From assembly GCA_951406725.2 (NCBI GenBank), contig OX597842.1:18972001-19036000 (forward strand): a stretch of DNA of 64,000 bases, written 5' to 3'. The notes below the pieces were generated by a model. It saw only the letters and a list, made by a program, of their open reading frames with translations. It did not search any database and was not told the origin of the DNA. Within the stretch, counting starts at the first letter, position 1, and every line of letters starts with the position of its first letter. Shown here piece by piece: positions 53,776-64,000 of the stretch. The stretch is from Octopus vulgaris (taxonomy: Eukaryota). Made by a program: the position numbers and the translations under genes.

Positions 53776-53885
53776 ATATGGGAACAACAAAAGAGCCTGG
53801 ATCAAACGCAGCAGTAACCAGCATGCCCAACTATGCCGTAGTGGTACTTTGCGTACTTGGTGCTTTGAAGCATTTCTTTTTATAA
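53776..53885 (+). CDS. GPI-protein last coding exon: (D)MGTTKEPGSNAAVTSMPNYAVVVLCVLGALKHFFL*, a GPI-attachment signal
   Basis: ttttgcag|AT, phase 1. Small-residue omega region S/N-A-A, polar spacer, hydrophobic C-terminus, TAA at 53883-53885. Confidence 0.8.
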
Positions 53886-53924
53886 TCTTCTTTTCAATTG
53901 GATCAAAATTCACGTTCTTTTGTA

Positions 53925-54592
53925 GGCGTAGGAGTGGCTGTGTGTTAAGTAGCTTGCTAACCAACCACATGGTTCCAGGTTCAGTCCCACTGCATGGCAT
54001 CTTGGGCAAGTGTCTTCTGCTATAACCCCGGGCCGACCAATGCATTGTGCCATGCAGTGGGATTGAACCCGGAACCATGTGGTAAGCAAGCTAATTACCA
54101 CACAGCCACTCTTGCACCACCCAACATATTTTGTTTATATTTAAAGTGTGTTTATCATCCAAATAAGATTCTCATTAAAGAATATATTTTTATTTAAAAA
54201 AACTGCATTAATACGTTTTGTGTTACTCTTTTCCTTGTTTCAGTCATTTGACTGCGGCCATGCTGGAGCACTGCCTTTAGTCGAGCTACTCGACCCCGGG
54301 ACTTATCCTTTTGTAAGCCCAGTACTGATTCTATCGGTCTCTTTGGCCGAACCGCTAGGTGACGGGGACGTAAACACACCAGCATCGGTTGTCAAGCAAT
54401 GCTAGGGGGACATACACGCACACATATATACGACGGGCTTCTTTCAGTTTCCGTCTACCAAATCCACTCACAAGGCTTTGGTTGGCCTGAGGCTATAGTA
54501 GAAGACACTTGCCTAAGATGCTACGCAGTGGGACTGAACCCGCAACCATGTGGCTGGTATGCAAGCTACTTACCACACAGCCCCTCCTGCAC
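53925..54592. mobile_element. SINE family A pieces: + head (53925-54045), - head (54046-54115), - copy (54225-54592)
   Basis: Matches family A. Confidence 0.82.
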
Positions 54593-54666
54593 CTATATCA
54601 ATATTATAAGAATATAAATAAAACATAAAAAACAGACAGAGTTGGAATTCCTTTGAGCAATATACA

Positions 54667-55174
54667 CCGTAAATCCCCAAATATAATCCACATTCCGCCC
54701 ACAAAAAAATTTAGAGGTCAAAATCTCTAGTGCGTACTATATACGAGGTTACAAATGAAAAACATTTTCTAAGCAATGTCCGAGTCTCTATTTGCTGTCC
54801 AGCAACGTTTATTCAGACACATTTTGTGATGTCGGGCGCAAAAATACCTTAAGCTAAGCCTGAAAGCAATGAAGTCATAAAAGAATCATCCATAACTTGC
54901 AGTAAGCAACATTTATTAAAATAAAACTATTCAGAACACAGAATAACAAGTAAAAAAAACAATTTGCAAACATATTTACATTCCCATATAACAGTTAAGA
55001 ACATCACCATTATTGTATTACGCATGCATGGAAGTGTTTGTTTGACTGGGTGCTGCTGGCTTAATTACGCACGACTCAAATTAGAGATTGGGTGCATATT
55101 ATACACAAGGTTTAGGTTTTTCAGAGGTACAGCCCACTTAAAATCCCCTGCATATTATACTCAAGGATTTACGG
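54667..55174. mobile_element. Tc1/pogo-like MITE
   Basis: Terminal inverted repeats ccgtaaatcc...tataat and attatac...ggatttacgg|ta. Confidence 0.6.
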
Positions 55175-55316
55175 TATGTAAATAAATTTTTGATTTGTAC
55201 AATAAAGACAATAAAACTGCATTAATACATTTTGTGTTATATTTTATTTATATTTAAAATGTGCATTATCCAAATCAGATTCACAAAAAAAAAAAATAAA
55301 AAACTGTAGGCTCAAA

Positions 55317-55792
55317 GTGCCACGCAGTGGGACTGAACCCGGAACCATGTGGTTGGTAAGCAAGCTACTTACCACACAGCTACTCTTGCACCACCCAACA
55401 CATTTTGTTTATATTTAAAGTGTGTTTATCATCCAAATAAGATTCTCATTAAAAAATATATTTTTATTTCAAAAAACTGCATTTATACATTTTGTGTTAC
55501 TCAGTCATTTGACTGCGTCCATGCTGGAGCACCACCTTTAATCGAGCAAATCGACCCCAGGACTTATTCTATCGGTCTCTTTTGCTAGGGGGAGACACAC
55601 AAACACACACACACGCATATATATATATACGACAGGCTTCTTTCAGTTTCTGTCTACCAAATCCACTCACAAGGTATTGGTCAGCCCGAGGCTATAGCAG
55701 AAGACACTTGCCCAAGATGCCACGCAGTGGGACTGAACCCGGAACCATGTGGCTGGTTAGCAAGCTACTTACCACACAGCCACTCCTGCGCC
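55317..55792 (-). mobile_element. SINE family A pieces within a local duplication of 54046-54300
   Basis: Matches family A and the non-SINE spacer at 54116-54225. Confidence 0.75.
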
Positions 55793-55884
55793 TATATATA
55801 TATATTTTTTATTTATATTTAAAATGTGCATTATCCAAATCAGATTTACAAAAAAAAAAATTTCAAAAAACTACAGGCTCAAAT

Positions 55885-56302
55885 CTCTGATGTTCAAAGG
55901 TTTTTGTGTACGTTTGAGGCATCATATAAGCATTTGGGACTTCTCTTGTTTTTTGCTTGTTCAGTGTACAAATGGAAGGGGCTGTCTCCGCGGCCCCTTC
56001 TGCAACGGCGCTTGTGGTGGTTTGACCATTGCATGTAGGCATCCGGTGGGTGAACTGAGCCAGGATGTCCTTCTCCCAACTGGCTGAAGTCCTGGGTTAG
56101 ACGATCAAGGAGGACCTCTCCGTGCTCACGGGACCGCAGGTGGCCGGCCTGCGCCGATGGAACCGTGACTGGTTCGCTATCTCCAGTGAACTGGCGCAGG
56201 ACCGTCGCACGTGGGCTGCCATGGTTGGAGATGCCTCGAGGGTGGTAGAAGAAGCAGACTCAATCCGCCCCGGGGTGAATGTTGCCACAAGTACAAGTAA
56301 GT
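55885..56302 (+). mobile_element. RTE-clade LINE 3' end
   Basis: IKEDLSVLTGPQVAGLRRWNRDWFAISSELAQDRRTWAAMV, with a caagtacaagtaagt tail. Confidence 0.7.
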
Positions 56303-56604
56303 GTACATGTGTGACAGAACAGTAGAATACTGAGAGAAAAATGTGGGCATAAGAGGAATTAGATGCAGTGTGCAAGAGAGAAGACTAACATAAAATTAGA
56401 CTGCCAAAATAACACTAAAAAGGGATTAAGAAAAAATATTCTGTTGTGTCTGGGGAGAGTCATTTTCTTTTTGTGCCGTTTTATGTAACACACTCACCGG
56501 TAAAATTTCCACTTATTTCTTATTTTCCTAAAATTTTCGTTGCGTCTTGCAACCTTATAAGGCACAGAAAGAAAATGACCCTCCCCAGACACAACAGAAT
56601 ATAC

Positions 56605-59600
56605 TTCAACACACAAACTCACATAAAGAATCTTGCAAACCAAATCAAAAAATGAAATATAGAAAACAAAAAATGCTTTAACACACAAACTCACATAAAG
56701 AATCTTGCAAACCAAATCCAAAAATGAAATATAGAAAACAAAAAATGCTTCAACACACAAACTCACATAAAGAATCTTGCAAACCAAATCCAAAAATGAA
56801 ATATAGAAAACAAAAATGCTTCAACACACAAACTCACATAAAGAATCTTGCAAACCAAATCCAAAAATGAAATATAGAAAACAAAAATGCTTCAACACAC
56901 AAACTCACATAAAGAATCTTGCAAACCAAATCCAAAAATGAAATATAGAAAACAAAAAATGCTTTAACACACAAACTCACATAAAGAATCTTGCAAACCA
57001 AATCCAAAAATGAAATATAGAAAACAAAAAATGCTTTAACACACAAACTCACATAAAGAATCTTGCAAACCAAATCCAAAAATGAAATATAGAAAACAAA
57101 AATGCTTCAACACACAAACTCACATAAAGAATCTTGCAAACCAAATCCAAAAATGAAATATAGAAAACAAAAAATGCTTCAACACACAAACTCACATAAA
57201 GAATCTTGCAAACCAAATCCAAAAATGAAATATAGAAAACAAAAAATGCTTTAACACACAAACTCACATAAAGAATCTTGCAAACCAAATCCAAAAATGA
57301 AATATAGAAAACAAAAATGCTTCAACACACAAACTCACATAAAGAATCTTGCAAACCAAATCCAAAAATGAAATATAGAAAACAAAAAATGCTTTAACAC
57401 ACAAACTCACATAAAGAATCTTGCAAACCAAATCCAAAAATGAAATATAGAAAAAAAAAAATGCTTCAACACACAAACTCACATAAAGAATCTTGCAAAC
57501 CAAATCCAAAAATGAAATATAGAAAACAAAAAATGCTTTAACACACAAACTCACATAAAGAATCTTGCAAACCAAATCCAAAAATGAAATATTGAAAACA
57601 AAAAATGCTTTAACACACAAACTCACATAAAGAATCTTGCAAACCAAATCCAAAAATGAAATATAGAAAACAAAAAATGCTTTAACACACAAACTCACAT
57701 AAAGAATCTTGCAAACCAAATCCAAAAATGAAATATAGAAAACAAAAAATGCTTTAACACACAAACTCACATAAAGAATCTTGCAAACCAAATCCAAAAA
57801 TGAAATATTAGAAAACAAAAAATGCTTTAACACACAAACTCACATAAAGAATCTTGCAAACCAAATCCAAAAATGAAATATAGAAAACAAAAAATGCTTT
57901 AACACACAAACTCACATAAAGAATCTTGCAAACCAAATCCAAAAATGAAATATAGAAAACAAAAATGCTTCAACACACAAACTCACATAAAGAATCTTGC
58001 AAACCAAATCCAAAAATGAAATATAGAAAACAAAAAATGCTTTAACACACAAACTCACATAAAGAATCTTGCAAACCAAATCCAAAAATGAAATATTGAA
58101 AACAAAAAATGCTTTAACACACAAACTCACATAAAGAATCTTGCAAACCAAATCCAAAAATGAAATATAGAAAACAAAAATGCTTCAACACACAAACTCA
58201 CATAAAGAATCTTGCAAACCAAATCCAAAAATGAAATATAGAAAACAAAAAATGCTTTAACACACAAACTCACATAAAGAATCTTGCAAACCAAATCCAA
58301 AAATGAAATATAGAAAACAAAAAATGCTTCAACACACAAACTCACATAAAGAATCTTGCAAACCAAATCCAAAAATGAAATATAGAAAACAAAAAATGCT
58401 TTAACACACAAACTCACATAAAGAATCTTGCAAACCAAATCCAAAAATGAAATATTGAAAACAAAAATGCTTCAACACAGAAACTCACATAAAGAATCTT
58501 GCAAACCAAATCCAAAAATGAAATATTGAAAACAAAAAATGCTTTAACACACAAACTCACATAAAGAATCTTGCAAACCAAATCCAAAAATGAAATATAG
58601 AAAACAAAAAATGCTTTAACACACAAACTCACATAAAGAATCTTGCAAACCAAATCCAAAAATGAAATATAGAAAACAAAAAATGCTTTAACAAACAAAC
58701 TCACATAAAGAATCTTGCAGACCAAATCCAAAAATGAAATATAGAAAACAAAAAATGCTTTAACAACACAAACTCACATAAAGAATCTTGCAGACCAAAT
58801 CCAAAAATGAAATATAGAAAACAAAAAATGCTTTAACAAACAAACTCACATAAAGAATCTTGCAGACCAAATCCAAAAATGAAATATAGAAAACAAAAAA
58901 TGCTTTAACAAACAAACTCACATAAAGAATCTTGCAGACCAAATCCAAAAATGAAATATAGAAAACAAAAAATGCTTTAACAAACAAACTCACATAAAGA
59001 ATCTTGCAGACCAAATCCAAAAATGAAATATAGAAAACAAAAAATGCTTTAACAAACAAACTCACATAAAGAATCTTGCAGACCAAATCCAAAAATGAAA
59101 TATAGAAAACAAAAAATGCTTTAACAAACAAACTCACATAAAGAATCTTGCAGACCAAATCCAAAAATGAAATATAGAAAACAAAAAATGCTTTAACAAA
59201 CAAACTCACATAAAGAATCTTGCAGACCAAATCCAAAAATGAAATATAGAAAACAAAAAATGCTTTAACAAACAAACTCACATAAAGAATCTTGCAAGAC
59301 CAAATCCAAAAATGAAATATTGAAAACAAAAAATGCTTTAACAAACAAACTCACATAAAGAATCTTGCAGACCAAATCCAAAAATGAAATATAGAAAACA
59401 AAAAATGCTTTAACAAACAAACTCACATAAAGAATCTTGCAGACCAAATCCAAAAATGAAATATAGAAAACAAAAAATGCTTTAACAAACAAACTCACAT
59501 AAAGAATCTTGCAGACCAAATCCAAAAATGAAATATAGAAAACAAAAAATGCTTTAACACACAAACTCACATAAAGAATCTTGCAGACCAAATCCAAAAA

Positions 59601-61058
59601 TGAAATATAGAAAACAAAAAATGCTTTAACAAACAAACTCACATAAAGAATCTTGCAGACCAAATCCAAAAATGAAATATAGAAAACAAAAAATGCTTTA
59701 ACAAACAAACTCACATAAAGAATCTTGCAGACCAAATCCAAAAATGAAATATAGAAAACAAAAAATGCTTTAACAAACAAACTCACATAAAGAATCTTGC
59801 AGACCAAATCCAAAAATGAAATATAGAAAACAAAAAATGCTTTAACAAACAAACTCACATAAAGAATCTTGCAGACCAAATCCAAAAATGAAATATAGAA
59901 AACAAAAAATGCTTTAACACACAAACTCACATAAAGAATCTTGCAAACCAAATCCAAAAATGAAATATAGAAAACAAAAAATGCTTTAACAAACAAACTC
60001 ACATAAAGAATCTTGCAAACCAAATCCAAAAATGAAATATAGAAAACAAAAAATACTTTAACAAACAAACTCACATAAAGAATCTTGCAAACCAAATCCA
60101 AAAATGAAATATAGAAAACAAAAAATGCTTTAACACACAAACTCACATAAAGAATCTTGCAGACCAAATCCAAAAATGAAATATAGAAAACAAAAAATGC
60201 TTTAACAAACAAACTCACATAAAGAATCTTGCAAACCAAATCCAAAAATGAAATATAGAAAACAAAAAATGCTTTAACAAACAAACTCACATAAAGAATC
60301 TTGCAAACCAAATCCAAAAATGAAATATAGAAAACAAAAAATGCTTTAACACACAAACTCACATAAAGAATCTTGCAAACCAAATCCAAAAATGAAATAT
60401 AGAAAACAAAAAATACTTTAACAAACAAACTCACATGAAGAATCTTGCAGACCAAATCCAAAAATGAAATATAGAAAACAAAAAATGCTTTAACAAACAA
60501 ACTCACATAAAGAATCTTGCAAACCAAATCCAAAAATGAAATATAGAAAACAAAAAATGCTTTAACACACAAACTCACATAAAGAATCTTGCAGACCAAA
60601 TCCAAAAATGAAATATAGAAAACAAAAAATGCTTCAACACACAAACTCACATAAAGAATCTTGCAAACCAAATCCAAAAATGAAATATAGAAAACAAAAA
60701 ATACTTTAACAAACAAACTCACATAAAGAATCTTGCAGACCAAATCCAAAAATGAAATATAGAAAACAAAAAATGCTTTAACAAACAAACTCACATAAAG
60801 AATCTTGCAAACCAAATCCAAAAATGAAATATAGAAAACAAAAAATGCTTTAACAAACAAACTCACATAAAGAATCTTGCAGACCAAATCCAAAAATGAA
60901 ATATAGAAAACAAAAAATGCTTTAACACAAACTCACATAAAGAATCTTGCAGACCAAATCCAAAAATGAAATATAGAAAACAAAAAATGCTTTAACACAC
61001 AAACTCACATAAAGAATCTTGCAAACCAAATCCAAAAATGAAATATAGAAAACAAAAA
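56605..61058. repeat. 72-bp satellite array (~62 copies)
   Basis: Unit aacacacaaactcacataaagaatcttgcaaaccaaatccaaaaatgaaatatagaaaacaaaaaatgcttt. Confidence 0.97.
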
Positions 61059-61479
61059 TGTGTTTGGGGAGAGTCCGGTAAAATTTCCACTTATTTCTTA
61101 TTTTTACTTTTCGTTGCATCTTGCAAATGAACCCTTTCCAGACGACATCAGCTCGGATTGTGCGAGCACAGATAGCGAGAAAGGGGTGTGGCACACAGTG
61201 CCACCGAAAAAAGAAACAAAGGAAAAAACAAAAAGAAACACAGGGGGAAGTGCAAACACATAGAGCTTCCCAACAACAACAACACTTTCGCCACCACACT
61301 GCCACACACCGTTACAGCAATAAACACAAAAAACATGAACAACTTATCACACACCTGAAACAAAATACAGACACTAAAATTACTAATTTCATTATACCAA
61401 CGCACAATACACCACCAGCACACATTCTTACAATATAAATAAACTATATATAATGAAATCAAGGAGAAATTCCCTAACG

Positions 61480-61935
61480 ATATCCGTTCCCTCAACCGCT
61501 AGGGTGTGGCACTTCTTCACACAACTATCTTCATCCATTCTCGCCACACGACCATACCAGCGCAAACCTCTCTCTTGCACACCACAACTGATGCTTCTTA
61601 AGTCCAACTTTTCTCTCAAAGAACTTACACTCTGTCGAGTATGCACACTGACATTACACATCCATCGGAGCATACAGGCTTCATTTCTTGCAAGCTTACA
61701 CATATCCTCAGCAGTCACGGCCCATGTTTCACTGCCATGTAGCATGGCTGTTCGTACACATGCGTCATACAATCTGCCTTTTACTCTCAGCGAGAGGCCT
61801 TTTGTCACCAGCAGAGGTAAGAGCTCTCTGAACTTTGACCAGGCTATACTTACTCTAGCAGTTACACTTTCAGCGCACCCCCCCCCCTCCCGCTGCTGAC
61901 TTGGTCACATAGGTAACGGAAGCTATCAACTATTT
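61480..61935 (-). mobile_element. RTE-clade LINE RT C-terminal fragment
   Basis: KGLSLRVKGRLYDACVRTAMLHGSETWAVT...MLRWMC...LRWYGRVARM. Confidence 0.85.
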
Positions 61936-62095
61936 CTATGAAAAAGTATTTGTGTGTAACGAGAGGAAAAAAGAGCGAGAGAGAGAGAGAGAGAGAAGAA
62001 AGAAAGGATATATTTATAACTACCAATGAGAAAATCCCAAATATAACAGTGTGTATAAACGCTGGAGAAAGTGAGAGAGATATGAAGATGAATAC

Positions 62096-62126
<31 letters not shown>

Positions 62127-62673
62127 CTTTAGATGTGGAATACATGTATACAACTCTCAGTGTGTGTGTGTCTATAAAAACCTGAAAATTAAAGTAAGCT
62201 AAAAATAAAAATGGGCTTTTCCTAATGCTAGTAAATACGTATGTGTGTGTGTGTGTGTATTATTTGTGTATGTATATTGTGTGTGTGTGTATTATTTGTG
62301 TATGTATATTGTCTGTGTGTGTGTGTGTGTATTGTGTCTGAGTGTGTGTGTGCATTGTGATGCAATTTGTATTAGTATTTATTTATATTTGTATGTGTCT
62401 ATTGTATATAATCATTCATTTAATGCCTGATGTTCCATGCTTTCTATGGTTGGACAGTTTGAAAGGCTTCAACAAATCAGAGAACCAATGCTCCAATGCC
62501 TGCTTTGGTTATGGTTTCTATGGCTGGATGCCTTTCTTGAGATGCCAACCACTTTACAGCATGTACTGGGTGCCTTCCTGTGTGGTCCCAGCAGCTATCA
62601 GATTGCCTACAAGACTAAGACCCAAGGAGAGATAATTTGGTGACTCAGAAGAATGATCAATGTAAAATATGGA

Positions 62674-62985
62674 TAGTTAGTTAGTTAGTTAATTTTTGGG
62701 CACAAAAAGCAAAAAGCAAGGCCATGTAGGGAACATGGAGTTATGTACAGGGAGGGTGTTCATGCAAAGAGTTCAGGCCACTTGAGGTCAAGGGAGACTT
62801 TGAACTGAGCGGTCGTCGGCATCTTCACCATCTCGTCTGGCAGCTTATTCCATGGATCCGCAACCCGGACGGAGAAAGCCCCTCTCCTTCAATTGAGATG
62901 AAATCGTCGCAGATAGAGCTTTTCGGAATGACCCCGCAGCCAACGCTCTGGAGCAGGTGTGAAGAACAGCTCTTTCGAGAGGTTA
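62674..62985 (-). mobile_element. CR1-like LINE 3' end with (CTAA)n tail
   Basis: Minus-strand reading AFSVRVADPWNKLPDEMV; tail reads ttagttagttag on +. Confidence 0.7.
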
Positions 62986-63589
62986 CACAGAGACATTATT
63001 AAGAATGTGGAGTGGATAGCAAGTGAAATTGTTTGGGGATGTGAGAAAGATAAGTGATATCAAAGAAAAGCTGGAAGTATGCAATGAAAGAAATGATGAG
63101 TGGTCTGGATGCCTTGAAGAGGAAACTGGATAAGGTTAGCACTTGTTCAAATACATGTGCATGTGTGTATGTTCAAATTTTGTGCTCAAAGCATCATAGT
63201 AATGTAAACATTATCAATACCATACACTTAATCATCATGATCATCATTTAACGTCTGCTTTCCATGCTGGCATGGGTTGGAAGGGTTGACTGAGGGCTGG
63301 CAAGCCAGAAGGCAGTACCAGGCTCCAATCTGATCTAGCAAACCACTTCCTAATGCCAACCACTCCGAGAGTGTAGAGGGTGCCTTTTAAGTGCCACCGG
63401 CACGAGGGCCAGTCAGATGCCACTGGCATCGACCACGCTTGAATGATGCTTTTTAAATACCACTGAAACAGGAGCCAGTCAGGGGCACTGGCAACGACCA
63501 CACTCAAATGGTGCTATTTTCATGCTACTGGCATGGGAACCAGTCAGGCGGCACTGGCAATGATCACGCTCGAATGCTGCTTTTTACAT

Positions 63590-63765
63590 GCTTAGCAGTA
63601 TTTCGTCTGTCATTACGTTCTGAGTTCAAATTCCGCCGAGGTCGACTTTGCCTTTCATCCTTTCGGGGTCGATAAATAAAGTGCCAGTTTCACACTGGGG
63701 TCGATGTAATCGACTTAATACCTATGTCTGTCCTTGTTTAGCCCCTTGTGGGCAGTAAAGAAATA
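63590..63765 (+). mobile_element. SINE family C, 5'-truncated
   Basis: Matches 53101-53479. Confidence 0.8.
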
Positions 63766-64000
63766 TATATGACATGATCTGTGTCCTGATATTTCTACAC
63801 AGATCATATCGTATAGCCAGCTGGAGACAATGTCTCCTGGGGCTAAATTACAGTAACATTCGTCCTATACCAGGACTGCCGTATTATGTTGGCAAACAAT
63901 CTTTTCTCGATAGTTTTAGGTAATTTGAGTACGCTGAGCACAAATTTTCACTCGATTTTGCTCTATCAGGTCCTTAGTTTGACAGCATGATATGACCTAC

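Noticed and set aside
53714-54025. 103-aa ORF over the last GPI exon
   Set aside because: Different frame from the splice-compatible reading, and it runs into a SINE.
56494-60893. Long hydrophobic repeat ORFs (up to 542 aa, LDLVCKILYVSL...)
   Set aside because: Translation of a stop-free 72-bp satellite, repeatedly broken by 71-bp units; no splice or start context.

Overview
Eukaryotic, AT-rich, repeat-dense animal genomic DNA. The SINE, LINE and microsatellite content looks like octopus or another coleoid cephalopod (inferred, not verified). Almost all ORFs in the supplied track are artefacts of microsatellites, satellites and SINEs. Manual splice reading gives two genes, both on +. (1) The 3' half of an adhesion/secretin-family GPCR (exons 741-882, 5932-6004, 8603-8988, 12756-12847), with a frameshifted duplicate exon in its first visible intron. 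(2) A six-exon, all-phase-1 gene missed by the ORF track (42357-53885), encoding a predicted 135-aa signal-peptide plus GPI-anchor protein built partly from three duplicated micro-exons. The main non-coding signal is eight type I hammerhead ribozymes with a CUGANGA core and palindromic stem III, in four sequence contexts beside (TA)n tracts. Two of these contexts are tandem arrays (4 x ~491 bp and ~2.15 x 396 bp) resembling non-LTR retrozymes or Penelope pLTRs. A separate Penelope-associated family has an apparent G3-C8 swapped core. Also present: R4/Dong-like retrotransposons in (TAA)n, a full-length dead mariner, piggyBac- and pogo-like MITEs, a Helitron, RTE and CR1 fragments, several tRNA-SINE families, 41-bp and 72-bp satellites, several large palindromes and a 100-N assembly gap. 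Repeat boundaries are approximate.
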